A stretch of DNA of 64,000 nucleotides from an uncultured archaeon (GCA_964486045.1 CAZALK010000003.1:64001-128000), one strand, 5' to 3'; positions 30,184 to 40,681 are shown, counted from the stretch's first letter. Program-made: numbers and translations. The notes: generated by a model from the letters alone, not told the origin.

Positions 30184-31011
30184 ATGGATATAACTTACGA
30201 TTTAATGTCTATAACATCTCTAACAGCAGCAAATACTACTGGAAAGGGTCGTGGTAATGCAGGAGGGATAGCATTGCGAAATTTCTGCATTGCCATTGAT
30301 AGTACTATGTATGTTAAGACCGCAGAAATAATGCGTCAGAATTTAGAGAAAAATTTTGATATGCCAGTTAAATACTTAGTAATTACTCACTATCACGGAG
30401 ATCATATATTTGGGATTAAACCGTTTAAGGATGTTTGCGTCCTTAGTAGTGAATTAACTTCAAAAATCATGCTAAATAATGAAACAAAATCTCGATATCA
30501 AGTTTTCATAAAGGATTTGGCAAAAGAAGGACCGATAGGTGAGGATATCGAATATATTGTTCCTAATCTTCTATTTACAGATAAATTATTAATCCAAGAT
30601 GATGATCTGCATATAGAGATTTACCATACAGGAGGCCATACAGCGGGTTCCAGTTTTATTTCCTTCCCTCATGAGAAGGTTATTTTTGCAGGAGATTTGA
30701 TATTTGAGAATACTTTTCCTTATGCAGGTGATCCTACGTGCGACCCTGAACTTCTAATTGATGCTTTAAAGAAAATGCAGGAGATTAATGCACAGATATA
30801 TGTCCCAGGTCATGGACCTATTATGAAAGGAGCTAGTTCATTAGATCGACACATTAAATTTTATAATGAATTTAGAAACATAATTAAAGATGCGATAAGA
30901 GATAAAACAACTGCCGCAAAAGTTTCTGTTCCGGACGTTTTTGGAGAACCTGATGCAGGCCGTAAAAATATGACTGTAACTCATTGGTTAAACTTCTATA
31001 AAAACAAATAA
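30184..31011 (+). CDS. MBL-fold hydrolase (cyclase-like)
   Basis: THYHGDH, GGHT.G, FAGD and VPGHG motifs. Confidence 0.9.
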   Translation: MDITYDLMSITSLTAANTTGKGRGNAGGIALRNFCIAIDSTMYVKTAEIMRQNLEKNFDMPVKYLVITHYHGDHIFGIKPFKDVCVLSSELTSKIMLNNETKSRYQVFIKDLAKEGPIGEDIEYIVPNLLFTDKLLIQDDDLHIEIYHTGGHTAGSSFISFPHEKVIFAGDLIFENTFPYAGDPTCDPELLIDALKKMQEINAQIYVPGHGPIMKGASSLDRHIKFYNEFRNIIKDAIRDKTTAAKVSVPDVFGEPDAGRKNMTVTHWLNFYKNK

Positions 31012-31029
31012 GGAAAAGAAGAAAATTAT

Positions 31030-32307
31030 TTATTCATTAATATTATTTATTTTTTCCCTAATTTCTTCCATTTTTTCCATATTATCATAATCAATATGTC
31101 TAATGTTAGTGAAAAAATAGGGGAATATCGTTATTAAAATTCCAATGAGAGCGCATAGCAGATATAGAAATGATATTCCTATAATCTCACTTAATGTGCC
31201 TGCCAAAATAGCTCCTAAAGGCGAACCAATCATCATTAATGTACTTAATATAGAAGAAACTCTCCCCATTTTATCATGAGGAACTGTAATTTGAACAACC
31301 GTCATTACAATTATGTTTATTACCGGCATAATGAACCCCATTATAAATGCTCCGATACCTATCAGAGGATAAAAACCAATTGGAGCAAGGGCATATATTA
31401 AATAACCAATATTTACTACAATCATTCCGATAAACAAAATTCTCATTTTATTTTTCCATCGTTTCTTAAAAAAAGGGATCAATGCGCCTAAAATCATTCC
31501 TCCCTGCATAATCATTTGGATGATTGCTAACGCAAAGTTATCGCCACCGTGTATATACTTTATAAAAAATGTGGCTAGAACCATTAAAGGTTGCGTCAAC
31601 ATGGTTAATAACATCGCGATCAGCATAATTGTTAGAAGTCCAGGAACATTTTTCATTACTTTAATACCTTCCTTAAAATCTTTGACAAAGGATTTTCTTT
31701 CAACATGATCCTTGCTAATTTGAAGCGGAGGTAATTTTAGAGTTAAAAGAGGAACAAGCGCAATAAAGAAAGTAATTACATCTATCCAGAGAATATATTT
31801 TATTTCAACAAAAAATAATAAAGTTGCCCCCACTCCTGGTCCTATAAATTGTATGATACCTATAAATAAGTATCTTATACCATTGACTTTCCCTAGCTTA
31901 TCTTGTGGAACCATAGATGGTAAAATTGCCATCACTGTTGGTTGATGAAAGGCTTGACATATACTTCGAAACCCAAGGAATATAAATACAAGCCAAACTT
32001 CTGCTGAATCTAAGATGAAAAATATTGTTAAAATAATCGTTAAACACGCTTGCAATGAATCTACAACTAAAATTATCATCTTCCGATTGAGCCTGTCTGA
32101 AATAACACCAGCAAAAGGGGTTATGATAAGTAAAGGAATCAGGTTAATCAAACTTGCCAAGGATAACATTAATGGACTTTTTGTTACGTCAGTAATCCAC
32201 ACAAATATTACAAAATAGACAATTAATGATCCTAATAACGAAAATAATTGCCCAAACCAAAATTCCATATAATTTCTTAGGCTTTTCTGATTAACTGTTT
32301 CTTGCAA
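31030..32307 (-). CDS. MFS transporter (MefA/DHA3-like)
   Basis: GQLFSLLGS, AGV.SDR.NRK, MGRVSS; 12 TM. Confidence 0.92.
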   Translation of the reverse strand: MQETVNQKSLRNYMEFWFGQLFSLLGSLIVYFVIFVWITDVTKSPLMLSLASLINLIPLLIITPFAGVISDRLNRKMIILVVDSLQACLTIILTIFFILDSAEVWLVFIFLGFRSICQAFHQPTVMAILPSMVPQDKLGKVNGIRYLFIGIIQFIGPGVGATLLFFVEIKYILWIDVITFFIALVPLLTLKLPPLQISKDHVERKSFVKDFKEGIKVMKNVPGLLTIMLIAMLLTMLTQPLMVLATFFIKYIHGGDNFALAIIQMIMQGGMILGALIPFFKKRWKNKMRILFIGMIVVNIGYLIYALAPIGFYPLIGIGAFIMGFIMPVINIIVMTVVQITVPHDKMGRVSSILSTLMMIGSPLGAILAGTLSEIIGISFLYLLCALIGILITIFPYFFTNIRHIDYDNMEKMEEIREKINNINE

Positions 32308-32497
32308 TTAAGTCTATCTCACAAATTTTTCGCTTTAATTTTCAAATATTTCATTAAATTTTAAAATTATTATCAAAAATGGTTCGGGAATTTCCAAATA
32401 AAACCATATTATTATAAAAAGAGATATAAATGCTTAAAGTGAATCTACTATTTCTATTATTGTTTTTAAGAAATCTCTGGGCACTATATATTTATTC

Positions 32498-33775
32498 TTA
32501 TTTATAGATGTTATTTATTTTTTCTACTATAACTTCAAAATTATCAAAATCCACATGGCGTATTTTTGTAAAACGCCAAATTGAACATATAATTAATAAT
32601 CCAATGACCCCGCTAAATAGAAAAACAATTCGAATCCCAATTAAATCGGCAAGAGGTCCTGAAATAATAGTTCCTAATGGGAACATCGCCATTGATAATG
32701 ATTGGATTACGGAGGAGACTCTTCCCATCTTATCTGGAGGAACAGTAGTTTGTATTATCGTCATATAAATTGTATTTACAACTGGCAAAATAAATCCTAC
32801 TATTCCTGTTCCTACCCATATTATTGAAAAGACCCTCGTCGGGGTAAAAGCTAAAACCGAGAACATTCCCATCAAAACCAACAAACCCGAAAAATAGATG
32901 GTTACCTTATGTTCCCATTTCTTCTTTAATGTAGTCACAACTCCTCCTAAAATCATCCCCACATTAAGGCACACCATGATAAGGGCCAAATCAAAAGCCG
33001 TCCCCAAATGAGTTTGGCTAACATAGAAAGGTAATAAAACATTAATAGGGGAAACTAAAAAATTAAGAAATATGTCCAAAATCAGAAGAATTACCAATCC
33101 AGGGATCAGTTTGATTACTGTAATCCCCTCCTTGAAATCTCTCTTAAATGATGTGGGTTCCTTTTTTTCACTTATTTCAGCTAAGTTTCTTATACTAGGT
33201 ATTTTAATTAGTAATAAAGGAACAATAGCAATACAAAATGTAAATACATCAAGCCATAGAATTACTTCGAGGGGAAAAAATATATAAAGTGTCGCTCCTA
33301 TTACAGGTCCTATAAGTTGTATTAAACTTGTAAATAAGGAACTTACCCCATTTATTCTACTTAGTTTATCTTTAGGAACCATTGTGGGAACAATAGCACT
33401 TATGGCAGGCATATGAAATGCTTGACATACTCCCCTCAAACTGTTTATCAAAATAACTACTATAGGATTTGCAATACCAAAATAAAATAAAAAAATAATC
33501 CAAACCGTTACTAACGCTTGAAAAGAGTCTACGATTGCTATAAGTTTTTTACGATTCCATCTGTCTATTAGCACTCCTGCAATTGGAGTAATTAAAACAA
33601 TTGGTAAAAAATATAAGAAGGTACCGAGTGAAAGGAAGAAAATACTACCTGTAATCACTGTAATCCACCATGTAATAGCGAATTGAACTACTAGCGAACC
33701 CATGAGTGAAACTAATTGCCCCGACCAAAAAAAGAGATAACTCCTAAATGTATTATTATTTGCTAATTCTTCCAT
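32498..33775 (-). CDS. MFS transporter (MefA/DHA3-like)
   Basis: GQLVSLMGS, AGVLIDRWNRK, MGRVSS. Confidence 0.92.
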   Translation of the reverse strand: MEELANNNTFRSYLFFWSGQLVSLMGSLVVQFAITWWITVITGSIFFLSLGTFLYFLPIVLITPIAGVLIDRWNRKKLIAIVDSFQALVTVWIIFLFYFGIANPIVVILINSLRGVCQAFHMPAISAIVPTMVPKDKLSRINGVSSLFTSLIQLIGPVIGATLYIFFPLEVILWLDVFTFCIAIVPLLLIKIPSIRNLAEISEKKEPTSFKRDFKEGITVIKLIPGLVILLILDIFLNFLVSPINVLLPFYVSQTHLGTAFDLALIMVCLNVGMILGGVVTTLKKKWEHKVTIYFSGLLVLMGMFSVLAFTPTRVFSIIWVGTGIVGFILPVVNTIYMTIIQTTVPPDKMGRVSSVIQSLSMAMFPLGTIISGPLADLIGIRIVFLFSGVIGLLIICSIWRFTKIRHVDFDNFEVIVEKINNIYK

Positions 33776-33819
33776 ATTATATCCCCTAATTATCTAAAAA
33801 ATAGATTTTTAAAAAAATT

Positions 33820-35106
33820 TTAGATTGTTAAGCTTTCTATTTTTTCATTGATTTTTTCCATTTCACTTTTACTATCAAGGTCTACTTTCCTAATTCCTGT
33901 AAAACTCCAAAAAGCTATAGTAATAACTACTCCCGCTAATCCACCGAAGACAAACAAAGCTTGAATTCCTACTAAAAGTGCTAGGGGCCCAGAAATTAAA
34001 GAACCAATTGGTGATATCGCGGAAGAAAATGCACTATCTATTGAAGAAACCCTTCCTAATTTATCTGCAGGCACTGTAGTTTGAACAAATGTTTGATATA
34101 GTGTGTTTATTATTGGTAAATTAAACCCAAGGATTATACCGCCTATTCCCATAATAATAAATGAACCTGAAGGAGCCAGGGCAAAAATTATATACCCTCC
34201 CAAAGCCACTAGTATACTCACAAAAATTATCCGAATTTGTTTGTTCCATTTTTTCTTTATCATTGTGAATATAGCTCCGGCGATCATTCCTCCTGTAAAA
34301 GTCATCTCAACAAACGCTAGATGTCCTACTCCTCCTCCATGATTAATAATAAATAAAGGCATGAGAGTGGTAGCCGGTGTTAATATAAAATTAAGAAACA
34401 TCGATAATACTGCCATAATAATTAAACCGGGAACCATTTTTATCGTTTTAATACCTAATTTAAATTCTTTTAAAAAAGAAATCTTTTTAGCATCATCTTC
34501 AGAATGATTCAACTGTTTTACTGAGGGAATTGAAATCGCTAATAAAGGTACCAATGCGATAAAAAATGTGATTATATCTACCCAAAGTATTAGATACATG
34601 GATAAAAACACTAGTAACAGAGCCCCAACAAATGGCGCTAGGAGTTGAACTACACCTGTAAATAAAAAGTTGATTCCATTAATTTTGGTTAACTTATCTT
34701 TAGGAACCATTGTAGGAATGATTGAATTTACCACGGGTACATGGAATGCTTGAAATATACTCCGTATACCGATAAAAACCAATACAACCCCTATGTTTCC
34801 CAAACCAAATTGAAACATAATTATTAGTAAAAATGTCGTAAATGCCTGTGATGAGTCTGCAACTAAAATCAATGTCTTCCTATTCACTTTATCTGCAATA
34901 ACGCCGGCAATAGGCATAAACAATGTCATCATCAGTATAGATACAAATGTTGAGATTGCAAGTAAAATTTCGCTGTCGTAGACATCTGCAATCCACCAAG
35001 TTATCGCAAAAAATACAACCATAGAGCCAAGTAATGAAAATAATTGTCCTGACCAAAAAAATAAATAATTCCTAAAGGTCGTTTGATCTGCTAATTCCTC
35101 CATCAA
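33820..35106 (-). CDS. MFS transporter (MefA/DHA3-like)
   Basis: GQLFSLLGS, AGVIADKVNRK, LGRVSS. Confidence 0.92.
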   Translation of the reverse strand: MMEELADQTTFRNYLFFWSGQLFSLLGSMVVFFAITWWIADVYDSEILLAISTFVSILMMTLFMPIAGVIADKVNRKTLILVADSSQAFTTFLLIIMFQFGLGNIGVVLVFIGIRSIFQAFHVPVVNSIIPTMVPKDKLTKINGINFLFTGVVQLLAPFVGALLLVFLSMYLILWVDIITFFIALVPLLAISIPSVKQLNHSEDDAKKISFLKEFKLGIKTIKMVPGLIIMAVLSMFLNFILTPATTLMPLFIINHGGGVGHLAFVEMTFTGGMIAGAIFTMIKKKWNKQIRIIFVSILVALGGYIIFALAPSGSFIIMGIGGIILGFNLPIINTLYQTFVQTTVPADKLGRVSSIDSAFSSAISPIGSLISGPLALLVGIQALFVFGGLAGVVITIAFWSFTGIRKVDLDSKSEMEKINEKIESLTI

Positions 35107-35133
35107 ATATCCCCTATAATATTCACGTTTTTT

Positions 35134-36267
35134 CTATACATTTTTTATCCTCCATTTTCCTTCCTCATAAATTACAGCATCATCTGCTATGATTTTTGAA
35201 CCAGGTACTTTCATATCCTTAAGTATATCCCAATGAACTGCAGATTTATTTGTTCCCCCACATTCTTCAAAACCATTACCTAGAGCAAGGTGTATTGTAC
35301 CACCAATTTTTTCATCAAATAACATGTTTTTGGTAAACTTTGTAATCCCAAAATTCGTACCAATAGCAAATTCTCCAAGTTTATTAGCATTTTCTATCTT
35401 TAATAGTTCTTTTAGAAGAGATTCACCTTTTTCTGCTTTTAAGATAGATACTTCACCTTCTTTAAATTCTAAATATATGTCTTCAATTTCTCTCCCGTAA
35501 TATATCCCAGGATACGTAAATCTTATATGACCATTTGCAGAATCCTCAATAGGGCTCGTAAAAATCTCTCCAACAGGTAAATTACTCTCACCACAAGCAT
35601 TTTCCCATTTTCTCCCCTTTACATTAAATGTTAGATCTGTGTCCTCTCCAATTACCTGGATTTTTTCAATATTATCTAAGTAATCAGTAATCATTTCTTG
35701 CTCTTTTTTCATTTTTCGCCATTCTTCAACTGGATTCTCTTTATGTAAAAATAAGCTTTTAAATACAAAATCCGAATATGAGAAAAGATCCATGTTGGCC
35801 TCCTGAGCATTCGCTTGACTAGGATAAGGAACAATAACCCACTTCATCTCCCCGCTAGCAGCCCGATGATCAAAAATCTCCATTAATTCTACTCGTTCCG
35901 GTGCTGAAGTTAATTTTACCATCTTTTCAGGCTCAATACCACTATATTTACGTGTATTGTAGTCTGCTCGAATTTGAATTAGACGATCAAATTTCTTTAA
36001 CATTGTTTTTTCACCATCATCTACGAATGATAACTGCTCATCAGATGCGTGTTTTAAGAAAAGTTCTCGCATCCCTTCTAATGTTGGAAGTGCCATAAGA
36101 TGAGCACCAGCTCTAACTATCTCAACATTTAATGCTAGAAATAACTCTCTTGCCAAACTGGGCCCTATAAGAGCCACTTGATGCCCTTTCTCTATCTCAA
36201 GTGAATACTTAATTACAATCTTTGCAAGCTTTTCATAATTATTATTGTACATATTTCCACCAATCAC
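35134..36267 (-). CDS. Aminopeptidase, M29 family
   Basis: NLP.GEIFTSP, LGEFAIG, LFDEKIGGTIHLALG and N.SAVHWD motifs. Confidence 0.92.
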   Translation of the reverse strand: MIGGNMYNNNYEKLAKIVIKYSLEIEKGHQVALIGPSLARELFLALNVEIVRAGAHLMALPTLEGMRELFLKHASDEQLSFVDDGEKTMLKKFDRLIQIRADYNTRKYSGIEPEKMVKLTSAPERVELMEIFDHRAASGEMKWVIVPYPSQANAQEANMDLFSYSDFVFKSLFLHKENPVEEWRKMKKEQEMITDYLDNIEKIQVIGEDTDLTFNVKGRKWENACGESNLPVGEIFTSPIEDSANGHIRFTYPGIYYGREIEDIYLEFKEGEVSILKAEKGESLLKELLKIENANKLGEFAIGTNFGITKFTKNMLFDEKIGGTIHLALGNGFEECGGTNKSAVHWDILKDMKVPGSKIIADDAVIYEEGKWRIKNV

Positions 36268-36297
36268 TTTTGTATTTTTTTTTTTCCTTTTTTATTC

Positions 36298-37218
36298 TTA
36301 TAGGGTGTCTATTACTTCATTTAGTTTTGAAATTACTTCTTCAGGAGTACTTGTGAAATTAAACACTCCTGCATCTAAATCCAAATCACCATCAATCCCT
36401 TCAGCTGCTAATTCATAAATTATATTTTCGGCTTCTTCCTTAGAAATTTCAAGCGCTTGAGATAGTTTTTCAATGGGGAGTGTTTTTTGAAGCTTTATTA
36501 ATCCTTGGATTCGTTTTTTAATCCTCTCTTTTTGAGCCCCATTCTGAGATTTTTCAACCTTAACTTTCTTAGATTGCTTCTTAAATTTACGGTCTAATTC
36601 CCTGCCTAATTCTTCTATCCCCGAATTTTCTACTGCATGTTCTATTTTTGCCCCCATCTTTTCCATTTTTCGTCCCCATTGCTCTATTTTTGCGATGTCA
36701 CCGATATTATTTTTGACAAATTTCATCGATTTTCGAACTAGCTCTGAAACTGAAGCTCCTAAACCATCAGCCCAATCTCTCCATTCTTCACTCATCTCAG
36801 GGTCAACCGAGATATTAATTCTTTTTACTGCTTTTTCCACTTTTTTTCTAACTTTTTTGTCAAATTTTGCTTCATGCCCTTCAATTTTCTTTTTAAGACG
36901 TTGTAGCTTCTTATTTGCCTTTGTGACATGCTCTCTTGCATCATCTCCATGATGCTCTAACTCTCCTTTAATTTCTCCCAGTTCTTTAAGTAAATCATTT
37001 CTTTCTTCAATCAGATCTTCCAAATCGTCCTTTAAGTCTTCTTTAATATCATCAGCTTCTTCATTTAAATCCTCTATTACATCCTGTAAATTATCATGGA
37101 TATCCTCTAATTCATGCTTAAGTTCATCACGAAGGCTATCTATTTTCCATTTTACCTTCCCACCATCATCTTTATTTTCTTCTTTTTCTTTCCTCTCTTC
37201 ATCTTTCGACATACTCAT
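36298..37218 (-). CDS. Coiled-coil + ribbon-helix-helix + PCI-like winged-helix protein
   Basis: Acidic heptad N-half; RINISVD...W...A...G.SVSELVR RHH; LPIEKLSQAL.IS.EEAE.II.EL...GI.G.LD...GVF.F C-terminus. Confidence 0.7.
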   Translation of the reverse strand: MSMSKDEERKEKEENKDDGGKVKWKIDSLRDELKHELEDIHDNLQDVIEDLNEEADDIKEDLKDDLEDLIEERNDLLKELGEIKGELEHHGDDAREHVTKANKKLQRLKKKIEGHEAKFDKKVRKKVEKAVKRINISVDPEMSEEWRDWADGLGASVSELVRKSMKFVKNNIGDIAKIEQWGRKMEKMGAKIEHAVENSGIEELGRELDRKFKKQSKKVKVEKSQNGAQKERIKKRIQGLIKLQKTLPIEKLSQALEISKEEAENIIYELAAEGIDGDLDLDAGVFNFTSTPEEVISKLNEVIDTL

Positions 37219-37226
37219 TCCTCCTT

Positions 37227-37940
37227 TTACATATCCTCTTTATTTATTTTTCTTGGTAATTTTAAATCTACAGCAGAAATTTGAACAGCCCCATGAGTTA
37301 AAATAGATTTTTCGTCTATTTCTATCTTATCTACATAATAAACTGTTCCCATTACCTCCGTACCTCTACCAATTTTTACGATTCGACCTTTAACATCTTC
37401 TTCAACTAGGGTTCTTATAAGAATGATATTATTATTAGCATTAACGCTTCCATGCACTTTACCAGGATGTTTAAAAACATTTCTACCTCTTAAGGCTCGT
37501 CCTCGACCTATGAACACGCTATTTCCAGTGACGTCTCCATAAATTGTTGTAGATCCCGTAATATCAATAGTGTTTCTTGATAAGAGATCACCTTTAACGA
37601 TAAATGAACCTGAAGATCTAATTCCTTGAAGAGCTTCTACATTGTTTCCTGCTCTTAAGGAACCTGAACTTGAAAATGCACCTTTAACAAAAATTCCCCC
37701 TTCTACTCTAGATGAACCAGACGATGTTGCAATCCCATCACCATGAATAGCTCCCATAAGTCTAAATGACCCTGACGATCTAAGATCTCCATGAACCGTT
37801 AGATCTCCTGATCCCCGAAAAGAACCAGATGATTGAAAATTTTTACACTCAAAATTTCCATCAATTCTGGCCGAACCCGATACGTGCAAATCGTCATCAA
37901 TTTTTCCTGCTGAAAGTCTTCCTGACCCAGAAATTCTCAT
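37227..37940 (-). CDS. Bactofilin-like (polymer-forming cytoskeletal) beta-helix repeat protein
   Basis: Repeated ~18-aa SSGS.R..G.....G units; V.G..VKIG.G..V..V.Y ending as in Bacillus YhbE/F-type proteins. Confidence 0.72.
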   Translation of the reverse strand: MRISGSGRLSAGKIDDDLHVSGSARIDGNFECKNFQSSGSFRGSGDLTVHGDLRSSGSFRLMGAIHGDGIATSSGSSRVEGGIFVKGAFSSSGSLRAGNNVEALQGIRSSGSFIVKGDLLSRNTIDITGSTTIYGDVTGNSVFIGRGRALRGRNVFKHPGKVHGSVNANNNIILIRTLVEEDVKGRIVKIGRGTEVMGTVYYVDKIEIDEKSILTHGAVQISAVDLKLPRKINKEDM

Positions 37941-38048
37941 ACTTATTATACCTCTTCTTGTTATAACTTCTCGATTTAATTATTATTTTTGTTATTATTA
38001 TCATTATTCTTTGTAAGAATTTTAAAAAAAATATTTGATAAATTTAAT

Positions 38049-38126
38049 CTAGTACCTATACATTAATTTTGAATAGGTATTGGCTTTTACTCGCTCCAAA
38101 TCTTCATAACTTTTTGATTTTTTCAT
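38049..38126 (-). CDS. 25-aa small ORF MKKSKSYEDLERVKANTYSKLMYRY
   Basis: Strong SD GGAGGT (38135-38140) 8 nt before ATG; hand translated. Confidence 0.65.
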   Translation of the reverse strand: MKKSKSYEDLERVKANTYSKLMYRY

Positions 38127-38245
38127 GATGTTTTACCTCCAATTTTTTTGGTTAATTTTTTTTAGGTTTTTTTTTTTTGAATAATTATTTGATAATTTTT
38201 ATGACTGTGAACGTGAATACACTTTTAAAAAAAAAGAGTGTGTAA

Positions 38246-38320
38246 TTATTGAATTCTATTGACGTAATACATATTTTTGATAATTATTAATTCCTTCTCA
38301 TCTAATCTTTTTCTATTCAT
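38246..38320 (-). CDS. 24-aa small ORF MNRKRLDEKELIIIKNMYYVNRIQ
   Basis: SD GAGGT (38328-38332); TTTATA box near 38400-38407; followed by hairpin and T9 tract. Confidence 0.6.
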   Translation of the reverse strand: MNRKRLDEKELIIIKNMYYVNRIQ

Positions 38321-38738
38321 TTTTTTAACCTCTTATTTTTTTTTTCAGTGTGTTTTTTTATTTTTTTGTTGTGTACTGATCTATAATTAGTGTGTATCAT
38401 ATATAAATGTTTTGATTTGAAAAATGATGTGAAATGCGTTTTGATGGGCGATATTGATTTCTAATACAATTTTAATGAATTTTAGTGTCTGAGAAAAAGG
38501 TGTGGAAAAAGTTTGTGTATTGAATATTAAAAAATAGTTGAGTTTTTTAAAAAGAAGAAAACGGGGCTTGAGAGCACATTTTTTGCGGTGTGTATAGTTG
38601 TATAAAAATATTAACTTCTAGTTAATTAAGAAATATCACAAAAGAGCAAATTTATTTAATATTTGAAAATATCTTTAGAAAATAGGGAAGGGAAATTAAT
38701 TAGAGGATAATTTGGGCTATCATTGGATTTCGCCCTCT

Positions 38739-38760
38739 ATTAAACTCTATAGAGTTTAAT
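38739..38760. repeat. Perfect 22-bp palindrome
   Basis: attaaactctatagagtttaat equals its reverse complement. Confidence 0.85.
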
Positions 38761-39126
38761 CTCTCCCTGATTATTTTATTTCAGCTCAGATTTCTTTTCC
38801 CTTCTCTTCTTGGAATAAAATACGGATTTTCCCACTATAATACCAGCCTATGCGATTTTTGTATCAATTTGGTTTGTAGATAAAAGAGGATTTTAGCCCT
38901 CTTCTCTCCCTATTCATTTTTTGTCTGTAATCTGATAAATAATTTTCTAATGGAAAGTTTACACAAAGTCTTAGACTTGTTTTAGACTGAATAGTGAAAT
39001 TTATCCTAATCCATTTTGTCTTGATTTTACGAGGTAGATTAAAAATAGCAAAATTAAGAGGCAGTAAATCAGAAGTAGCATTAAGTTAAGAGTCTTATTA
39101 TTTTAAAATTTTTGTTACAAATATTC

Positions 39127-39546
39127 TCATGGGAATTTTTGCGAATTTTGAAACGCTTTTGCTTTCTGTAACAATTTTTTAGCGTTATCATATGTTAAAC
39201 GTCTGAATGCTTTATGAAATGTCAACCAGACGTAATCTTCATGCTCATAACTTATTTTAACATCTTTAGTGTTAGCTTTGATAAGGTAACAATTTACGTA
39301 CTTATGAATCCTCTGACCTTTAAAAGTAAAGGAATATTCGTATTTTTCTTTGAATCCTTTTATAATTATCGCTTCAGTAATACTCGTCTCTTCTTCTAAT
39401 TCCCTTAAAATTGTTTGCTCATCAGATTCATTTTCTTCTATATGACCTTTTACAAATTCCCAATGACCTAAGCCATATTTAAGTAGTAAATATTCATTTT
39501 CATTATATACGATTGCTGCAACTGAAAATTCTTCTTTTAAATTCAT
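39127..39546 (-). CDS. Nudix hydrolase, Ap4A hydrolase-like
   Basis: GHWEFVKGHIE.NES...LREL.EET Nudix box; SYEHEDY.W. Confidence 0.9.
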   Translation of the reverse strand: MNLKEEFSVAAIVYNENEYLLLKYGLGHWEFVKGHIEENESDEQTILRELEEETSITEAIIIKGFKEKYEYSFTFKGQRIHKYVNCYLIKANTKDVKISYEHEDYVWLTFHKAFRRLTYDNAKKLLQKAKAFQNSQKFP

Positions 39547-39671
39547 CTTTACCCAAAATTATTCAGTGATTACAATAGATCATTTTTTAAATCCTTATAT
39601 TTTGAAATAGTTTTCTAAATTAAAATAATATAAGCAATTATTCACATTCAGTATAACTTTTTGATTAAAAA

Positions 39672-40454
39672 TTGATAAAGCATATCAAAGATAAGGAATC
39701 TTTACATAATCGATTTATGGAAGATATTTATTTATTTGCATATCATATTGGGGACCTTGATGATTTCTACTTTTCAGATTGTACATGGTTTGGGTTAGAA
39801 GAAAACGAGCAATTAAAAGAAGTGATCTTATTATATACAGGTTTAAAAGTTCCTACACTCCTAGTATTTGGATCACCCGAGAAAATACCTTCTTTAATCG
39901 AAGGGATAATTGAAAAGCTTCCTGATCAGTTCTATTGTCATTATCAAGAGGATTTTCATAAATATTTCGAGTCAGATTATCAAATGACGTTTTTGGGAGG
40001 CCACCTGAAGATGAAATTTGAAGGAGAATTTGCTAAACTCTCTATTATTGATACAAATGGAACTTTCCAGCTTAACGAAGATAATGAGCCAAATCTTCTT
40101 TCATTATATCAAGCTGCCTATCCTGATGGTTATTTTATACCATACATGTTAAAAACAGGTAAATATTATGGAGTAGAAGCTGAAAAAAAAATAGTATCTA
40201 TTGCAGGAGTTCATGTTTTCTCTTCATTATATAACATAGCTGTTTTGGGAAACATCACTACACATCCTAATTTTCGAGGAAGAGGTTTAGCAAAAAAATG
40301 CATTGTACGATTGTTGGAATCGTTTAATGGAGTAATAGATCATATTGGGTTAAATGTTAAGAAAGATAACCTGATTGCCCTTAAATTATATGAGAAATTA
40401 GGTTTTAAGGTTCATTCTACTTACAAAGAGGCACATTTTGAAAGAATTTCATGA
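39672..40454 (+). CDS. GNAT acetyltransferase (FR47-like)
   Basis: THPNFRGRGLA; N..A.KLYEKLGF. Confidence 0.92.
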   Translation: MIKHIKDKESLHNRFMEDIYLFAYHIGDLDDFYFSDCTWFGLEENEQLKEVILLYTGLKVPTLLVFGSPEKIPSLIEGIIEKLPDQFYCHYQEDFHKYFESDYQMTFLGGHLKMKFEGEFAKLSIIDTNGTFQLNEDNEPNLLSLYQAAYPDGYFIPYMLKTGKYYGVEAEKKIVSIAGVHVFSSLYNIAVLGNITTHPNFRGRGLAKKCIVRLLESFNGVIDHIGLNVKKDNLIALKLYEKLGFKVHSTYKEAHFERIS

Positions 40455-40681
40455 AAGTATATACAAAATTTTTCTTTCATTTTTCAATTTAGTTTAAATT
40501 CTTGATTTTTTCTTAAAAAATATCTTTTAAAATCTTAAAGAGCTCCTATAATAGGATGTTTATAGATTTAAAAGGTCCAGACAAATCAATAATAAACAAC
40601 ATAAACAAATGAGAGATAAATAATTAAAGGATTATGAGAATATTTTTTAATAACAATTAATACTATTAAAAGTGATTCTAA

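Noticed and set aside
35260-35300. Phe in place of the usual Tyr after HLALG in the M29 peptidase
   Set aside because: All metal ligands appear intact, and I cannot tell without an alignment whether this variant is common
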